Virus record (IMG/VR): IMGVR_UViG_3300038314_001058
Span: 1-62,942 of that record
Strand: one strand, 5' to 3'
DNA from: a virus
Taxonomy: Duplodnaviria; Caudoviricetes
Length of the DNA: 62,942 bases
Shown here: piece after piece, positions 1-9,316 of the stretch
Numbering within the stretch: position 1 is the stretch's first letter
How the letters are laid out: each line of letters starts with the position of its first letter
Position numbers and translations under genes: made by a program
The notes under the pieces: generated by a model
What the model was told of the DNA's origin: nothing
Seen by the model: the letters and a program-made list of their open reading frames with translations, nothing else
Databases searched by the model: none

Positions 1-98
1 TGCTCGCATCGATATCTCGAACCCTCAGGGTGACGCAAAGTTCATCGGCGTGAACAGTGACGGCCTGAGCGAGCAGCGTGAGGCCCTCAAGGAGGACC
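1..98. repeat. Terminal direct repeat, left copy (assembly overlap of a circular/permuted genome)
   Basis: 1-98 identical to 62844-62941; the final base 62942 mismatches position 99. Confidence 0.95.
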
Positions 99-571
99 GG
101 GCACGAGCAAGCTCCATGGGTGCTCAGACGGCTGACACCGTGAGCCGTGAGCGGGAGAGCGGCAAGTCCCTCGGCATCCGCCTCAGCAGCCGCACGGCAG
201 ACCTGAACACGATTGCTGACGTCGGCGCTGCTGGGCTTGAGAACATCCTCAAGATCGCCGCTGAATGGATGGGACTCAACCCCGAAGAAGTCAGCGTCAT
301 TCCGAACAAAGAGTTTGGCGAGACCGAACTCACCGGCCAGACGATGGTCGAACAGCAGACTGCCCGGAACCTCGGCTTCCCGATTTCCGCCCGCAGCCTT
401 CACAAGCGAGCCCGCGACAAGGGCCTCACGGACATGTCGTTCGAGGAGGAGACCGCCGCTATCGCTGAGGAGGAGAAGAACCCGGTCCTGAAACGTGACC
501 CTTCTGGTGACCGCAATGGTGATCAGAAGAACAAGACCGGCAACCCCGCAAACCCTGACGAAACAAACTAA
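1..571 (+). CDS. Portal protein, C-terminal part (continues from 61927 across the junction)
   Basis: Frame from position 2 is continuous with the ORF starting at ATG 61927; joined product about 495 aa; lies between terL and scaffold. Confidence 0.85.
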   Translation, partial: ARIDISNPQGDAKFIGVNSDGLSEQREALKEDRARASSMGAQTADTVSRERESGKSLGIRLSSRTADLNTIADVGAAGLENILKIAAEWMGLNPEEVSVIPNKEFGETELTGQTMVEQQTARNLGFPISARSLHKRARDKGLTDMSFEEETAAIAEEEKNPVLKRDPSGDRNGDQKNKTGNPANPDETN

Positions 572-583
572 GAGGAAAGATCG

Positions 584-1417
584 ATGGCGATCGAACTCAC
601 ATACGAGAATCGTTCTGCTCTGCCGGAAGCATTCCAGAACGATGACGTGTTCAACGAAATCTTCACTGAGAACGCCGACGGCACCGTGACGGTGACTGGC
701 GTCACCGGCATGAAGACGCAGAAGGACGTGGATTCCGTGAGCGAGGCTCTCCGCAAGGAGCGCAACGACCACAAGGAAACCCGCGAAAAGCTGCGCCCGT
801 GGGGTGAACTGGATGCGACCGAGACGCTGGCTCAGCTGGATCGCATCAAAGAACTCGAGGCCGCTGCTGGCGGCAAGCTCGACGACGAAGCGATCAACAA
901 GATCGTGGAAGGCCGCATCACCCAGCGTGTCGGCCCGATCGAGCGCAACCTGACCACGGTCACTGAGGAGCGCGATGCAGCGGTCGCAGAGCGTGATGCT
1001 CTGAAGAACCAGATCGTGACCCGTGATCGCAATGACACCATCCGTGAAGAGGCGACCAAGATCAAGGCGCACTCGACCGCGATCCCCGACATCGAGATGG
1101 CTGCGAGCGTCATGCTCGAGCAGAACGAGCAGGGCGAGTGGATCACCAAAGACGGCATCAACGGCATGACCCCCGGCCTGAAGGTCGACGGCTGGCTCCG
1201 GGAGATGCAGAAGATGCGTCCCCACTGGTGGCCCGAGACCGAGGGCAGCGGTGCCGGTGGTGGCGGTCCCTTGGGCAATGGTGCTGCGAACCCGTTCTCG
1301 GCGAAGAACTGGAACCTCACCGAGCAGGGCAAGATCTATCGTGAGAACCCGGTCCTCGCTGACCAGCTTGCGAAGTCTGCTGGCACGAAGGTCGGCGGTC
1401 CCAAGCCGGCGAAGTGA
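584..1417 (+). CDS. Capsid scaffolding protein
   Basis: Coiled-coil acidic protein with Gly-rich linker and NPF...WNLTEQ tail, between portal and MCP; SD GAGG. Confidence 0.75.
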   Translation: MAIELTYENRSALPEAFQNDDVFNEIFTENADGTVTVTGVTGMKTQKDVDSVSEALRKERNDHKETREKLRPWGELDATETLAQLDRIKELEAAAGGKLDDEAINKIVEGRITQRVGPIERNLTTVTEERDAAVAERDALKNQIVTRDRNDTIREEATKIKAHSTAIPDIEMAASVMLEQNEQGEWITKDGINGMTPGLKVDGWLREMQKMRPHWWPETEGSGAGGGGPLGNGAANPFSAKNWNLTEQGKIYRENPVLADQLAKSAGTKVGGPKPAK

Positions 1418-1426
1418 AAATAACAC

Positions 1427-1455
1427 TTGCACCGCATCTCTGAACGGGGTACGGT
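1427..1455 (+). promoter_or_regulatory. Sigma70-like promoter for the MCP, embedded in an inverted repeat
   Basis: TTGCAC-17-TACGGT; ACTTGCACCG...CGGTGCAAGT. Confidence 0.5.
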
Positions 1456-1555
1456 GCAAGTATCCGCTGGTCATGGGACCAGCCCTACCGACCGAGCAGG
1501 GGCTCACTGTCGGATCCTCCCAAACATTATCGGCCCACGCTGAAAGGAGCAAATC

Positions 1556-2614
1556 ATGGCAGCAGGCCCCGCAACTCGTGTGAGCGACGTCGTCGTTCCC
1601 GAGATCTTCACGAGCTACGCCCAACAGCTGACTGAAGAGAAATCCCGCATCATCCAGTCGGGCATGGCAGTCCGTGATTCCCAGATGGACGACCTTCTGG
1701 CTGGTGGTGGTCTCACCTTCAACCTCCCGTCCTTCGACGACCTGGACAACGATCCCGAACGCGTCAGCAACGACAGCTCGGCACCGTTCGACACCGCTGA
1801 CGCTTCCGTCAACGCCGCCGGTTCCGGCACCTCGCCCGAACGTCCGCCGGACCCGAAGAAGATCACCACGCTGACCGAGATCGGCGTCCGTATGAACCGG
1901 AACCAGTCCTGGTCCTCGATGCGTCTCGCCGCCACCCTCGCCGGTGTTGACCCGATGAACGCAATCGCCGACCGCGTCGCTGCCTACTGGGCTCGCCGCC
2001 TCCAGGCCGCTTTCGTGGCAACCTGGAATGGCGTGATCGCTGACAACGTCGCCAACGATGCCGGCGATCTGGTCAACGACATCTCTGGTGCCGGTTACTC
2101 GGCCGGTGTGACGGACTTCTCGGCCGAGGCCTTCATCGACACCGCCCTGACGATGGGTGACTCGATGGAAGACCTGACCGGCGTGATGATGCACTCCGTC
2201 GTCTACGCCCGTGCCCAGAAGAACAACCTGATCGACTTCATCCCGGACGCCCGTGGTGAGATCATGATCCCGACCTTCCTTGGTCGCGAAGTGGTTGTCG
2301 ATGACGGTATGCCCCGGACCGGTTCGGTCTACGACACGTGGCTCTTCGGCGGCGGGAACACCCGCATCGGCGTCGGCGCCCCGGCTGTCCCGACTCAGGT
2401 GCAGGACATCCCCGGCGCTGGCAACGGCGCAGGTCAGGAAGTTCTCTACAACCGTGTCGAGTGGATGATCCATCCCAACGGTCATGCCTACACCGGTGTC
2501 ACGCCCGATGGTGGCCCGGCGAACTCCGACCTGGACGACGCCGCTTCCTGGAACCGGGTCTTCACCGAGCGCAAACAGATCAAGTTCGCGCGGCTGGTCA
2601 CCCGCGAGGCATGA
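1556..2614 (+). CDS. Major capsid protein
   Basis: 352 aa, T-x-x-S-D-V-V-V-P-E-I-F N-terminus typical of phage coat proteins; strong SD AAGGAG; strongly biased codons. Confidence 0.9.
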   Translation: MAAGPATRVSDVVVPEIFTSYAQQLTEEKSRIIQSGMAVRDSQMDDLLAGGGLTFNLPSFDDLDNDPERVSNDSSAPFDTADASVNAAGSGTSPERPPDPKKITTLTEIGVRMNRNQSWSSMRLAATLAGVDPMNAIADRVAAYWARRLQAAFVATWNGVIADNVANDAGDLVNDISGAGYSAGVTDFSAEAFIDTALTMGDSMEDLTGVMMHSVVYARAQKNNLIDFIPDARGEIMIPTFLGREVVVDDGMPRTGSVYDTWLFGGGNTRIGVGAPAVPTQVQDIPGAGNGAGQEVLYNRVEWMIHPNGHAYTGVTPDGGPANSDLDDAASWNRVFTERKQIKFARLVTREA

Positions 2615-2679
2615 TCTGTTGAGGGGGCGGCTTCCGGCAGCGGTCGCCCTCTCACCACCCCAACCGTAGATACGGAGAA

Positions 2680-3381
2680 GTGACCATGTCGAAAGAAAAG
2701 ATTCAAGAAGTCCTCAGCAGCATGGACACGCTCGATGAAGAGCAGTGGACCGCTGATGGAAGCCCGAAGGTGGACTATGTTCGCCGCGAGGCCGGTGATG
2801 ACAGCATCAGTCGTCACAACATCTTCGAAGCCGCCCCGTCGTTCAGCCGCGAGAACCCGGTGATCACGCCCGTCGGCAAGGAGACCGAGGAGACCGAGGA
2901 GACCGAGGAGACCGAGGAGACCGACGCTCCTGAGGAGCCGAGCGTTCCCGAGGAACCCGAGGAACCCGAGGAACCAGAGGTTCAGGAGGACGACTCCGAC
3001 GACAAGGATGAAGAGGTCGACACCTATATGTCGCGCGCCGAGTTCGTCCGGCATCTCGCCGAGGTGCCCAAGGAGGATCTCCAGGCTCTCGAGGATACCC
3101 TCAAGGAGCGCCGCAACGAGATCAGTCTCGAGATCGACCGTCTCAAAGATCTGTTCGACCGCGCCGGTCATGCAGTTCAGCTGACCCGCGCTCGCCGGCT
3201 CCGGGAGATTCCCGAGATGACCGATCAGGAGGCTCGTCAGCTCTTCATCAAGAAGCAGAACGAGCAGCGCATGGCCCGGTTCGCCAAGCTCGAGAAGTCG
3301 GCCAAGTCGCCTCTCGATCAGGCAATGTCCCGCAAGAACCCTCGCGGTCAGAATCGCCCGGCCCGCACCATCCAGAAGTGA
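2680..3381 (+). CDS. Acidic hypothetical protein after MCP (possible head-associated protein)
   Basis: SD GGAG; Glu/Thr/Pro repeats in the middle; start may be 2686. Confidence 0.6.
   Translation: MTMSKEKIQEVLSSMDTLDEEQWTADGSPKVDYVRREAGDDSISRHNIFEAAPSFSRENPVITPVGKETEETEETEETEETDAPEEPSVPEEPEEPEEPEVQEDDSDDKDEEVDTYMSRAEFVRHLAEVPKEDLQALEDTLKERRNEISLEIDRLKDLFDRAGHAVQLTRARRLREIPEMTDQEARQLFIKKQNEQRMARFAKLEKSAKSPLDQAMSRKNPRGQNRPARTIQK
2881..2925 (+). repeat. In-frame 9-bp tandem repeat (GAGACCGAG x4 plus GAGACCGAC)
   Basis: Read directly; encodes ETE repeats; a CCCGAGGAA triplet follows at about 2948-2979. Confidence 0.9.
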
Positions 3382-3388
3382 GAACCCA

Positions 3389-4792
3389 ATGCCCCGGTTC
3401 GCCAGCCTGAGAAGCTCCACTGCCGTCGCCCGGACCCTCCGGGCGGCGCTTTACTATGCGAGGAAGAATCGTCTCGAGAAGCTGGGTGGCGACGTGGCTC
3501 CTGAGCCTGTAGATCCCCTCTTGGCTCCTGAGAATTTCTTCACTGAGGCTCAGTCCACTTTCGATGATACCGCTCACATCAATTTCCGCTCCAACTGGGA
3601 AGTGGATGTTGATGGATGGCTCTCCCATACTGGTGGAAACCCCGGTCAGGCCGCTCGTCTCTCACTCGACGAGCCAATCACTCCTGGGCATGCTCATTTC
3701 ATCCACTTTGATCACGAGATCACTGCTGGTTCCCTGAGAGCCCGTTTCGCTTCTCCAGGTGTTACGAACAGCCGACAACTCATTGTCAACTACATGGACT
3801 TTGAGTATGTAACAGCGGCTGAAGCGGCCAACGCGGCGACACGTATCGATCTCCAACCTTCTACCGACTACGCCGGTCGTGTCGACAATATCGCCGCTTA
3901 CGATCTGTCCACCGTCGATCCGAACATAGTTGCTTGCGATGTGATCATTGTTGCTGGTGATAGCAACGCTGCGAACGCTACGTCTGAACGATTTGGTGAT
4001 GAACCGGGTGACATCCCGACCAGTGCTCGTGAGACGGCCTACGATCCTCGCATCTGGTATATGCCGTGTCTTCGGGCTTCTGGCACCTATCCGACCACCG
4101 ACAGCACTCGCCACATCCCTCAGCCCTGTATCGAGCCGGTCGCCTCGGTTGAAGCCCGCCGTATGTCTCCCACCCACGCCGTCGGCGGTGAGATCGTCGG
4201 CTGGTCTGCAAATCGTGGTCGCCCTCTCCTGATCATGGCGCTTGGTGATCCCGGCTCCGGGCTTTCTAACACAGAGGACTGGGTCAAAGGATCTACTGCT
4301 GAAGTCAATGGTCAGCAAACTGGCTCTCGCATGTATGACGAGATGGTCGCCATGAAGGCTGCTGTCGACGCCCTTGGGCCTGCTCACGAAATCGTCGGCG
4401 CGGTCTGGTCCCTAGGGGCCAATGATCTGTATGGTGGGGACTACACCATTCCGGGTCAGTGGATGGAGAAGATGGTTGAGCTCATCAACAATGTTCGCAC
4501 TGATATCGCTGATGTTCCGATGGTTCTGTGGACGATTGGTGAGCATTATGAGCCTACTGACCAGAATGACGGGCGCGGAGCGGCTATGATCGCTGCTCAA
4601 CAGTTGCTGGATCAGGACAGTGGTGACGCGACGTGGTCACAGGATCGTTTCAATGTGATCGTCCCGGACACCGGAAACCAACTGACCGATGCAGATGACC
4701 CGCATTATACTGCTCATGGGATGCAAGAGAATGGCCGTGACGCGGGTCAGTCTCTACTCAGTCTGCTGATCGCAGAGAATCCCCCGACCTAG
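3389..4792 (+). CDS. SGNH/SASA-family (sialate O-acetylesterase-like) carbohydrate esterase, probably virion-associated
   Basis: Block motifs VIIVAGDSNA, GAVWSLGAND and DDPHY. Confidence 0.7.
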   Translation: MPRFASLRSSTAVARTLRAALYYARKNRLEKLGGDVAPEPVDPLLAPENFFTEAQSTFDDTAHINFRSNWEVDVDGWLSHTGGNPGQAARLSLDEPITPGHAHFIHFDHEITAGSLRARFASPGVTNSRQLIVNYMDFEYVTAAEAANAATRIDLQPSTDYAGRVDNIAAYDLSTVDPNIVACDVIIVAGDSNAANATSERFGDEPGDIPTSARETAYDPRIWYMPCLRASGTYPTTDSTRHIPQPCIEPVASVEARRMSPTHAVGGEIVGWSANRGRPLLIMALGDPGSGLSNTEDWVKGSTAEVNGQQTGSRMYDEMVAMKAAVDALGPAHEIVGAVWSLGANDLYGGDYTIPGQWMEKMVELINNVRTDIADVPMVLWTIGEHYEPTDQNDGRGAAMIAAQQLLDQDSGDATWSQDRFNVIVPDTGNQLTDADDPHYTAHGMQENGRDAGQSLLSLLIAENPPT

Positions 4793-4822
4793 CCATAGGC
4801 AACTCAACCACACGGAGCAGCC

Positions 4823-5719
4823 ATGACCATCAAAGTCGAAACAGGCATCGGCATCTACGGAGCGAACTCCTATGTTCCAGCTCAGTACGTCACCGACTAT
4901 CTCACGGCCCGTGGTCGCGAGACCGAGAACGAGTGGTCTTCGGCATCGCAGGAAGAGCAGGAAGAAGCCTGCATCGAGGCAACCGACTACATCGAGAAGA
5001 ACTTCGGCAGTCGTTTCCGTGGAACTCCTCTGACCTCGTTCGAGACCACCTACGCCGAGGCGACCGTCTCTTTTCTTGGGCTTCCCCTCACTGGCGAGAC
5101 GCTGACCGTCGGTGATGATGTCTACACTTTCGTGTCCGCCCTGACCGGTGAACCGTATGAAGTGCTGATCGGGGCGGATGCAGCGGCTACGAGTGCCAAT
5201 TTTGTAGACGCTCTGATGGGCGTGGTGCTGCAAGCCGGGGTAACGCACGGCGCAGCAACGCCAGCCAGCCGCCACAGCACGGCCACCAGCGCGGCGGGCG
5301 TTGCCACCCTTACCGCTACCGCCCCCGGCGCAAGCGGGGCCTACACGGAGCTCTCAGGGTCGCTCACAAACGTCACAATTACGGCGTTCACCGGCGGCAC
5401 GGACGGTGGCTCCCAGCCCCTGTCGTTTCCCCGGACCGGCATCTACGATCTTCGTGGCAACCGCATCCTTGGTGTCCCTGAGAAGATCAAACAAGCGACC
5501 GCCGAGTACGCCGTTCGCGCCCATGCTGCCCTTCTGATGCAGGACAGTGCTGCTGACGCCTCTGGTGGCCCGATCCTTCTCCGCCGTGAGAAGGTGGGTC
5601 CGATCGAAGAAGAATATGAATATGGAGGTTCCGTGTCGATCCAACGGTATCCTGCTGCCGATCGCCTGATCCGCGCCTTCACCGTGGCCGGTGCTGGGGG
5701 AGGCGTAATCCGTGCCTGA
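4823..5719 (+). CDS. Head-tail adaptor (DnaT-like family) with internal insertion
   Basis: ANSYV...YLTARG, ATDYIE, QPLSFPR, EKVGPIEEEY motifs; synteny. Confidence 0.7.
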   Translation: MTIKVETGIGIYGANSYVPAQYVTDYLTARGRETENEWSSASQEEQEEACIEATDYIEKNFGSRFRGTPLTSFETTYAEATVSFLGLPLTGETLTVGDDVYTFVSALTGEPYEVLIGADAAATSANFVDALMGVVLQAGVTHGAATPASRHSTATSAAGVATLTATAPGASGAYTELSGSLTNVTITAFTGGTDGGSQPLSFPRTGIYDLRGNRILGVPEKIKQATAEYAVRAHAALLMQDSAADASGGPILLRREKVGPIEEEYEYGGSVSIQRYPAADRLIRAFTVAGAGGGVIRA

Positions 5720-6113
5720 ATTCTACGAAAGGATGGCAGCAACTGCCAATCGCTTGATTACGAAACGTGGACGGGACCTTAGACTCGTTCGCTTGGACCA
5801 GGATGCTGGTGATACTCAGCGTCCATGGTGGGGGCCGGGGGACAATCCGAATGAACAGTTTCTCCCCCTGAAGGGCGTGTTCGTTCCTCCTGGAACCGTC
5901 CGGCAGTTCGGACTTCAGTCCCTCGGCCTCGGCACCGAGATCGAAGACATGATCGCCTGGAGCGAGCAGATCATCATCGTAGCCCAAGGGGAGAACGACC
6001 TTCGCCTCTACAAGGAGGTCGATGATGGTGGTGTCCGCTGGGGAGTCGTCGCTTCGCAGATCCTCAAGCCGGGGACGACCACCCTCCTGGGCTTCATAGG
6101 AGTTCGCCGATGA
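5712..6113 (+). CDS. Head closure protein
   Basis: FYERMAATANRLITKRG N-terminus; size and synteny. Confidence 0.6.
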   Translation: MPEFYERMAATANRLITKRGRDLRLVRLDQDAGDTQRPWWGPGDNPNEQFLPLKGVFVPPGTVRQFGLQSLGLGTEIEDMIAWSEQIIIVAQGENDLRLYKEVDDGGVRWGVVASQILKPGTTTLLGFIGVRR

Positions 6114-6529
6114 GTCTCACGTTCGAAGAATCGTATGATTCCATTTATGGTCTTTTCAAGGCTGCATGGGACCCCACCTCCTATCCTGCCTATTACGAGG
6201 CAGTTGACAAAGACCGTATGCCTGATGATCAGCCGTGGGTCTGGGTCAGTATCGAACACGCAGGTGGGAGACAGGCAAGCCTCAGTTCTGGGACTGGTCA
6301 AGCCCGCTTTGAACGGAACGGCATCTTTACTGCTCGCATTTTTGTGGCGGCAGGAAAGGGCTTGCAAGATGCTCTGCCTTTGGCTAAGGTGGTCGCAGAC
6401 GCTTTCGAGGGTAACAGCGCTCCAGGGGGAGTGTGGTTCAGGAACGTGAGGATGAATGAAGTCGGCCGTGATGGCAAGTTCTTTCAGGTGAACGTTCTTG
6501 CAGAATTCACATACGATGAAATCAAGTAA
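6110..6529 (+). CDS. Tail terminator protein
   Basis: 139 aa directly upstream of the tail tube gene; PWVWVSI...G.FTARIF pattern. Confidence 0.65.
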   Translation: MSLTFEESYDSIYGLFKAAWDPTSYPAYYEAVDKDRMPDDQPWVWVSIEHAGGRQASLSSGTGQARFERNGIFTARIFVAAGKGLQDALPLAKVVADAFEGNSAPGGVWFRNVRMNEVGRDGKFFQVNVLAEFTYDEIK

Positions 6530-6540
6530 AGGAGCGCCAC

Positions 6541-8055
6541 ATGGCACAGGTCGCAAAGATCGACTCCAACTCCACCGGACTCGCCTACGCTGAGGAAGCC
6601 TCCCTCAAGACGCTGAGCTCGCCCGTCTGGAAAGGTCTGGAGCCGAACAGCTACGGGGACTTCGGCAGCGATATCACGACTGTCGCACCCGCCCCCATCA
6701 CCGACACCCGTTCGCGCAAGAAAGGTTCCGTCACGGACCTTGACGCGTCTGGTGGTTTCAACCAGAACCTCACCCTCTGGAACTTCGAAGACATCATGCA
6801 GTCGCTGATGTTCTCGAACTGGGAGCGCAAGGGTCTTGAAGAAGTGACGGCTGTCACTGGCACCGTCTACGAGATGGCCTCCACGACTGGCTTCCTGGAC
6901 GGCAGTCTCGTGAAAGGCTTCAAGTTCTCCAATGCTGCGAACAACGGCATGGGTCTTGTCACCGCTGTCACCGCTGACACCTCCATTGCAGTCGCTGGCC
7001 TGACGGCCGAGGGTTCGCCTCCGACCGGTGCCTATGTTCAGGTCGTCGGCTTCCAGGCCGACGCTGGCGACATCGACGTCGACATCTCGGGTGACTTCCC
7101 GACCCTTACCTCGACGACCCTGGACTTCACCACTCTTGGGCTCATCCCCGGTCAGTGGATTTTCCTCGGCGGTGACACAGCGATCACCGAGTTCACCAAT
7201 GCTGTGAACAACGGCTTCAAGCGGGTCCGGTCGATCTCGGCGAATGCTCTGGTCCTCGACAAGTCCGCCGCTGCAATGGTCACCGAGGCGACCACCACCG
7301 AGACGATCCAGATCTTCTTCGGTGACGTCCTTCGTAACCGCACCGGCACCGACATTACGCGCCACACCTATCACCTCGAGCGTCTCCTCGGCGTTCCTGA
7401 CGACGCCCAGCCCGCTCAGGTTCAGTCGCAGGTCCTCCAGGGCATGGTCTGGAACGAAGGTGCCTTCAACATCCCGACGGCAAACCTCGTGAACGTGGAC
7501 GCGACTTTCGTCGGCCTTGATGAGCTTCTCCGCACCGCGGCCGAGGGTCCGTTGCAGACGAACGTTCAGGCACCGATGTCGGCTGACGTCTACAACACGA
7601 GCTCGGACTTCAACCGCCTGAAGATTGCTCAGGTCACCTCGGCAGACGAAGCTCCGGTGCCGCTGGCGACCTACGTGACTGAGATCACGGTCAACGTCAA
7701 CAACAACGTGACCGCCAACAAGGCCGTCGCGGTTCTCGGTGGTTTCGATCTCACCGCTGGCATCTTCCAGGTCAGTGGCTCCGTCACCGCCTACTTCAAC
7801 AACGTCTCCGCAATCGCGGCCGTTCGCAACAACGCCGATATCACGATGGACGCTATCATCGTGAAGAACAACGGTGGTATCGCAATCGATATCCCGCTGA
7901 TCGCCCTCGGCGATGGTCGCCTGAACGTGGAGGCAAACGAGCCGGTGACCATCCCGCTCGCAATGGATGCAGCAGAGGGTCTGGACGCCTACAGTGGCTT
8001 CTCCCACACTCTGCTGTGGACGTGGTTCGCATACCTGCCGGATGCAGCCGAATAA
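6541..8055 (+). CDS. Major tail tube protein
   Basis: 504 aa; KIDSNSTGLAYAEE and LEPNSYGDFG motifs; upstream of chaperone and TMP. Confidence 0.8.
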   Translation: MAQVAKIDSNSTGLAYAEEASLKTLSSPVWKGLEPNSYGDFGSDITTVAPAPITDTRSRKKGSVTDLDASGGFNQNLTLWNFEDIMQSLMFSNWERKGLEEVTAVTGTVYEMASTTGFLDGSLVKGFKFSNAANNGMGLVTAVTADTSIAVAGLTAEGSPPTGAYVQVVGFQADAGDIDVDISGDFPTLTSTTLDFTTLGLIPGQWIFLGGDTAITEFTNAVNNGFKRVRSISANALVLDKSAAAMVTEATTTETIQIFFGDVLRNRTGTDITRHTYHLERLLGVPDDAQPAQVQSQVLQGMVWNEGAFNIPTANLVNVDATFVGLDELLRTAAEGPLQTNVQAPMSADVYNTSSDFNRLKIAQVTSADEAPVPLATYVTEITVNVNNNVTANKAVAVLGGFDLTAGIFQVSGSVTAYFNNVSAIAAVRNNADITMDAIIVKNNGGIAIDIPLIALGDGRLNVEANEPVTIPLAMDAAEGLDAYSGFSHTLLWTWFAYLPDAAE

Positions 8056-8070
8056 TCGACAACCCAAGGA

Positions 8071-8526
8071 GTGACCAAAATGTCGATGTATGATATGTTC
8101 GCCGCCGATGAACACCTGGAAGCCGAAGGCGTCTGGGTGGACTATGGTGATTTTCGTGTCCTTCTTGCTCGTGCCGGCGGTGCGAACAAGAAGTACACGA
8201 AATACATGGAGACGAAGTCGAAGCCCTTCCGTCGCGCGATCCAAGCCGGTGCAATGCCGGAGAAGCGCAGCCGGGAGCTTCTGTTCGACGTCTACGCCAC
8301 CACGGTCATCAAGGACTGGGAAGTCAACTCCGGCGAGGCCGAGGATGGCTCCACTGTCTGGGAACGCGGTATCCACATGCCCGACGGGTCCGTCGGCGAG
8401 TACTCGAAGGACAACGTCATGTTGACCTTCCGCAAGCTGCCCGATCTGTTCTTCGATCTGCAGAAGCAGGCCGATGGCATCGCAATCTTCCGCAAGGAAG
8501 AGATGGAGGAAGATGCAAAAAACTGA
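8071..8526 (+). CDS. Tail assembly chaperone (gpG-like)
   Basis: Position before TMP; ends in slippery A AAA AAC TGA. Confidence 0.8.
   Translation: MTKMSMYDMFAADEHLEAEGVWVDYGDFRVLLARAGGANKKYTKYMETKSKPFRRAIQAGAMPEKRSRELLFDVYATTVIKDWEVNSGEAEDGSTVWERGIHMPDGSVGEYSKDNVMLTFRKLPDLFFDLQKQADGIAIFRKEEMEEDAKN
8517..8523 (+). other. Programmed -1 frameshift slippery site A AAA AAC
   Basis: The -1 frame is open from 8523 (CTG ACA GAG...) into ORF 8577-8846. Confidence 0.8.
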
Positions 8527-8846
8527 CAGAGGTCCTTCTCTATAACCTCGTAAGGGGTGACGTAGAGGTAAGGATCATGACCGAAGCCCTGAGGGACGGG
8601 CTTGAGATCCCAGAAGAGATATCCAATGCTCCGGAGCTTGCAATGGGGCTAGAGCTCTACTATAATGGGTTCATGGATATCTCTGATAGCCGCCAGATTG
8701 GGATGGGTCTTGGTCCTATTCCGTGGGTCGTCGTCCACGAGTACTGTAATGCGCTCGAATTGGACGACGACCAGCGGGAAGCCATGCATCATCACATTCG
8801 AGCTATGGATGGGGCCTTCCTGGAGCACAATCGCAAGAAGAGCTAG
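8523..8846 (+). CDS. Tail chaperone frameshift extension (gpT-like)
   Basis: R.IGMG.GPIPW motif; reached by the -1 frameshift. Confidence 0.75.
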   Translation: MTEVLLYNLVRGDVEVRIMTEALRDGLEIPEEISNAPELAMGLELYYNGFMDISDSRQIGMGLGPIPWVVVHEYCNALELDDDQREAMHHHIRAMDGAFLEHNRKKS

Positions 8847-8850
8847 CGTC

Positions 8851-9315
8851 ATGGCAACAATGATCCAATTTGGTCGCAATATGCGGAAGCGGGCTCTTCG
8901 TATGGAAAACGCTTCCGTTGACATGACCAAGAGGGTCGCCAAGCGAGCTCTCCGCGCCCTAGTTGAAGGGACTCCGGTCGATAAAGGTGTGGCCCGCTCG
9001 AACTGGCGGGCCTCCATCTACAACCCTACGAGAGCAGTCATCCCCGCCTACTCACCGGGTAAGAACCTCGGTCGTGGTGAGCGGGCGAATGCAAGAGCGG
9101 CGATCGCTGCCGGTATCGCTCAAATTGATCAGCTGAAGGTTGGTCTTCAACGTGGCACCGGCCAAGCCGGTCGCACAGTCTACCTGACCAATGCAATCCC
9201 CTATCTCCAGAAGCTGCGGAATGGGTACTCCAGTCAACAGACAAACGACTGGGTCCAAACCGCTCTTCTCGAGGCGAGGGGCGAGATCGCAACCACGAGA
9301 CTTCTAGAGCGGTAA
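8851..9315 (+). CDS. Tail completion/neck protein (HK97 gp10-like)
   Basis: TPVDKGVARSNW and YLTNAIPY..KL.NGYS.Q motifs; start reassigned to ATG 8851. Confidence 0.7.
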   Translation: MATMIQFGRNMRKRALRMENASVDMTKRVAKRALRALVEGTPVDKGVARSNWRASIYNPTRAVIPAYSPGKNLGRGERANARAAIAAGIAQIDQLKVGLQRGTGQAGRTVYLTNAIPYLQKLRNGYSSQQTNDWVQTALLEARGEIATTRLLER

Positions 9316-9316
9316 C

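Noticed and set aside
1-98. Biological terminal repeat
   Set aside because: It falls in the middle of the portal gene and is about k-mer length, so it is most likely an assembler overlap
2621-2653. Intrinsic terminator after MCP
   Set aside because: A GC hairpin is present but has no U tract; it may only stabilise the mRNA
6484-8376. Long antisense ORFs (also 2488-3420, 15373-16560, 27969-29753, 59898-61187, 61843-62811)
   Set aside because: Shadows of well-supported + strand genes caused by GC-rich codon bias; no motifs or RBS
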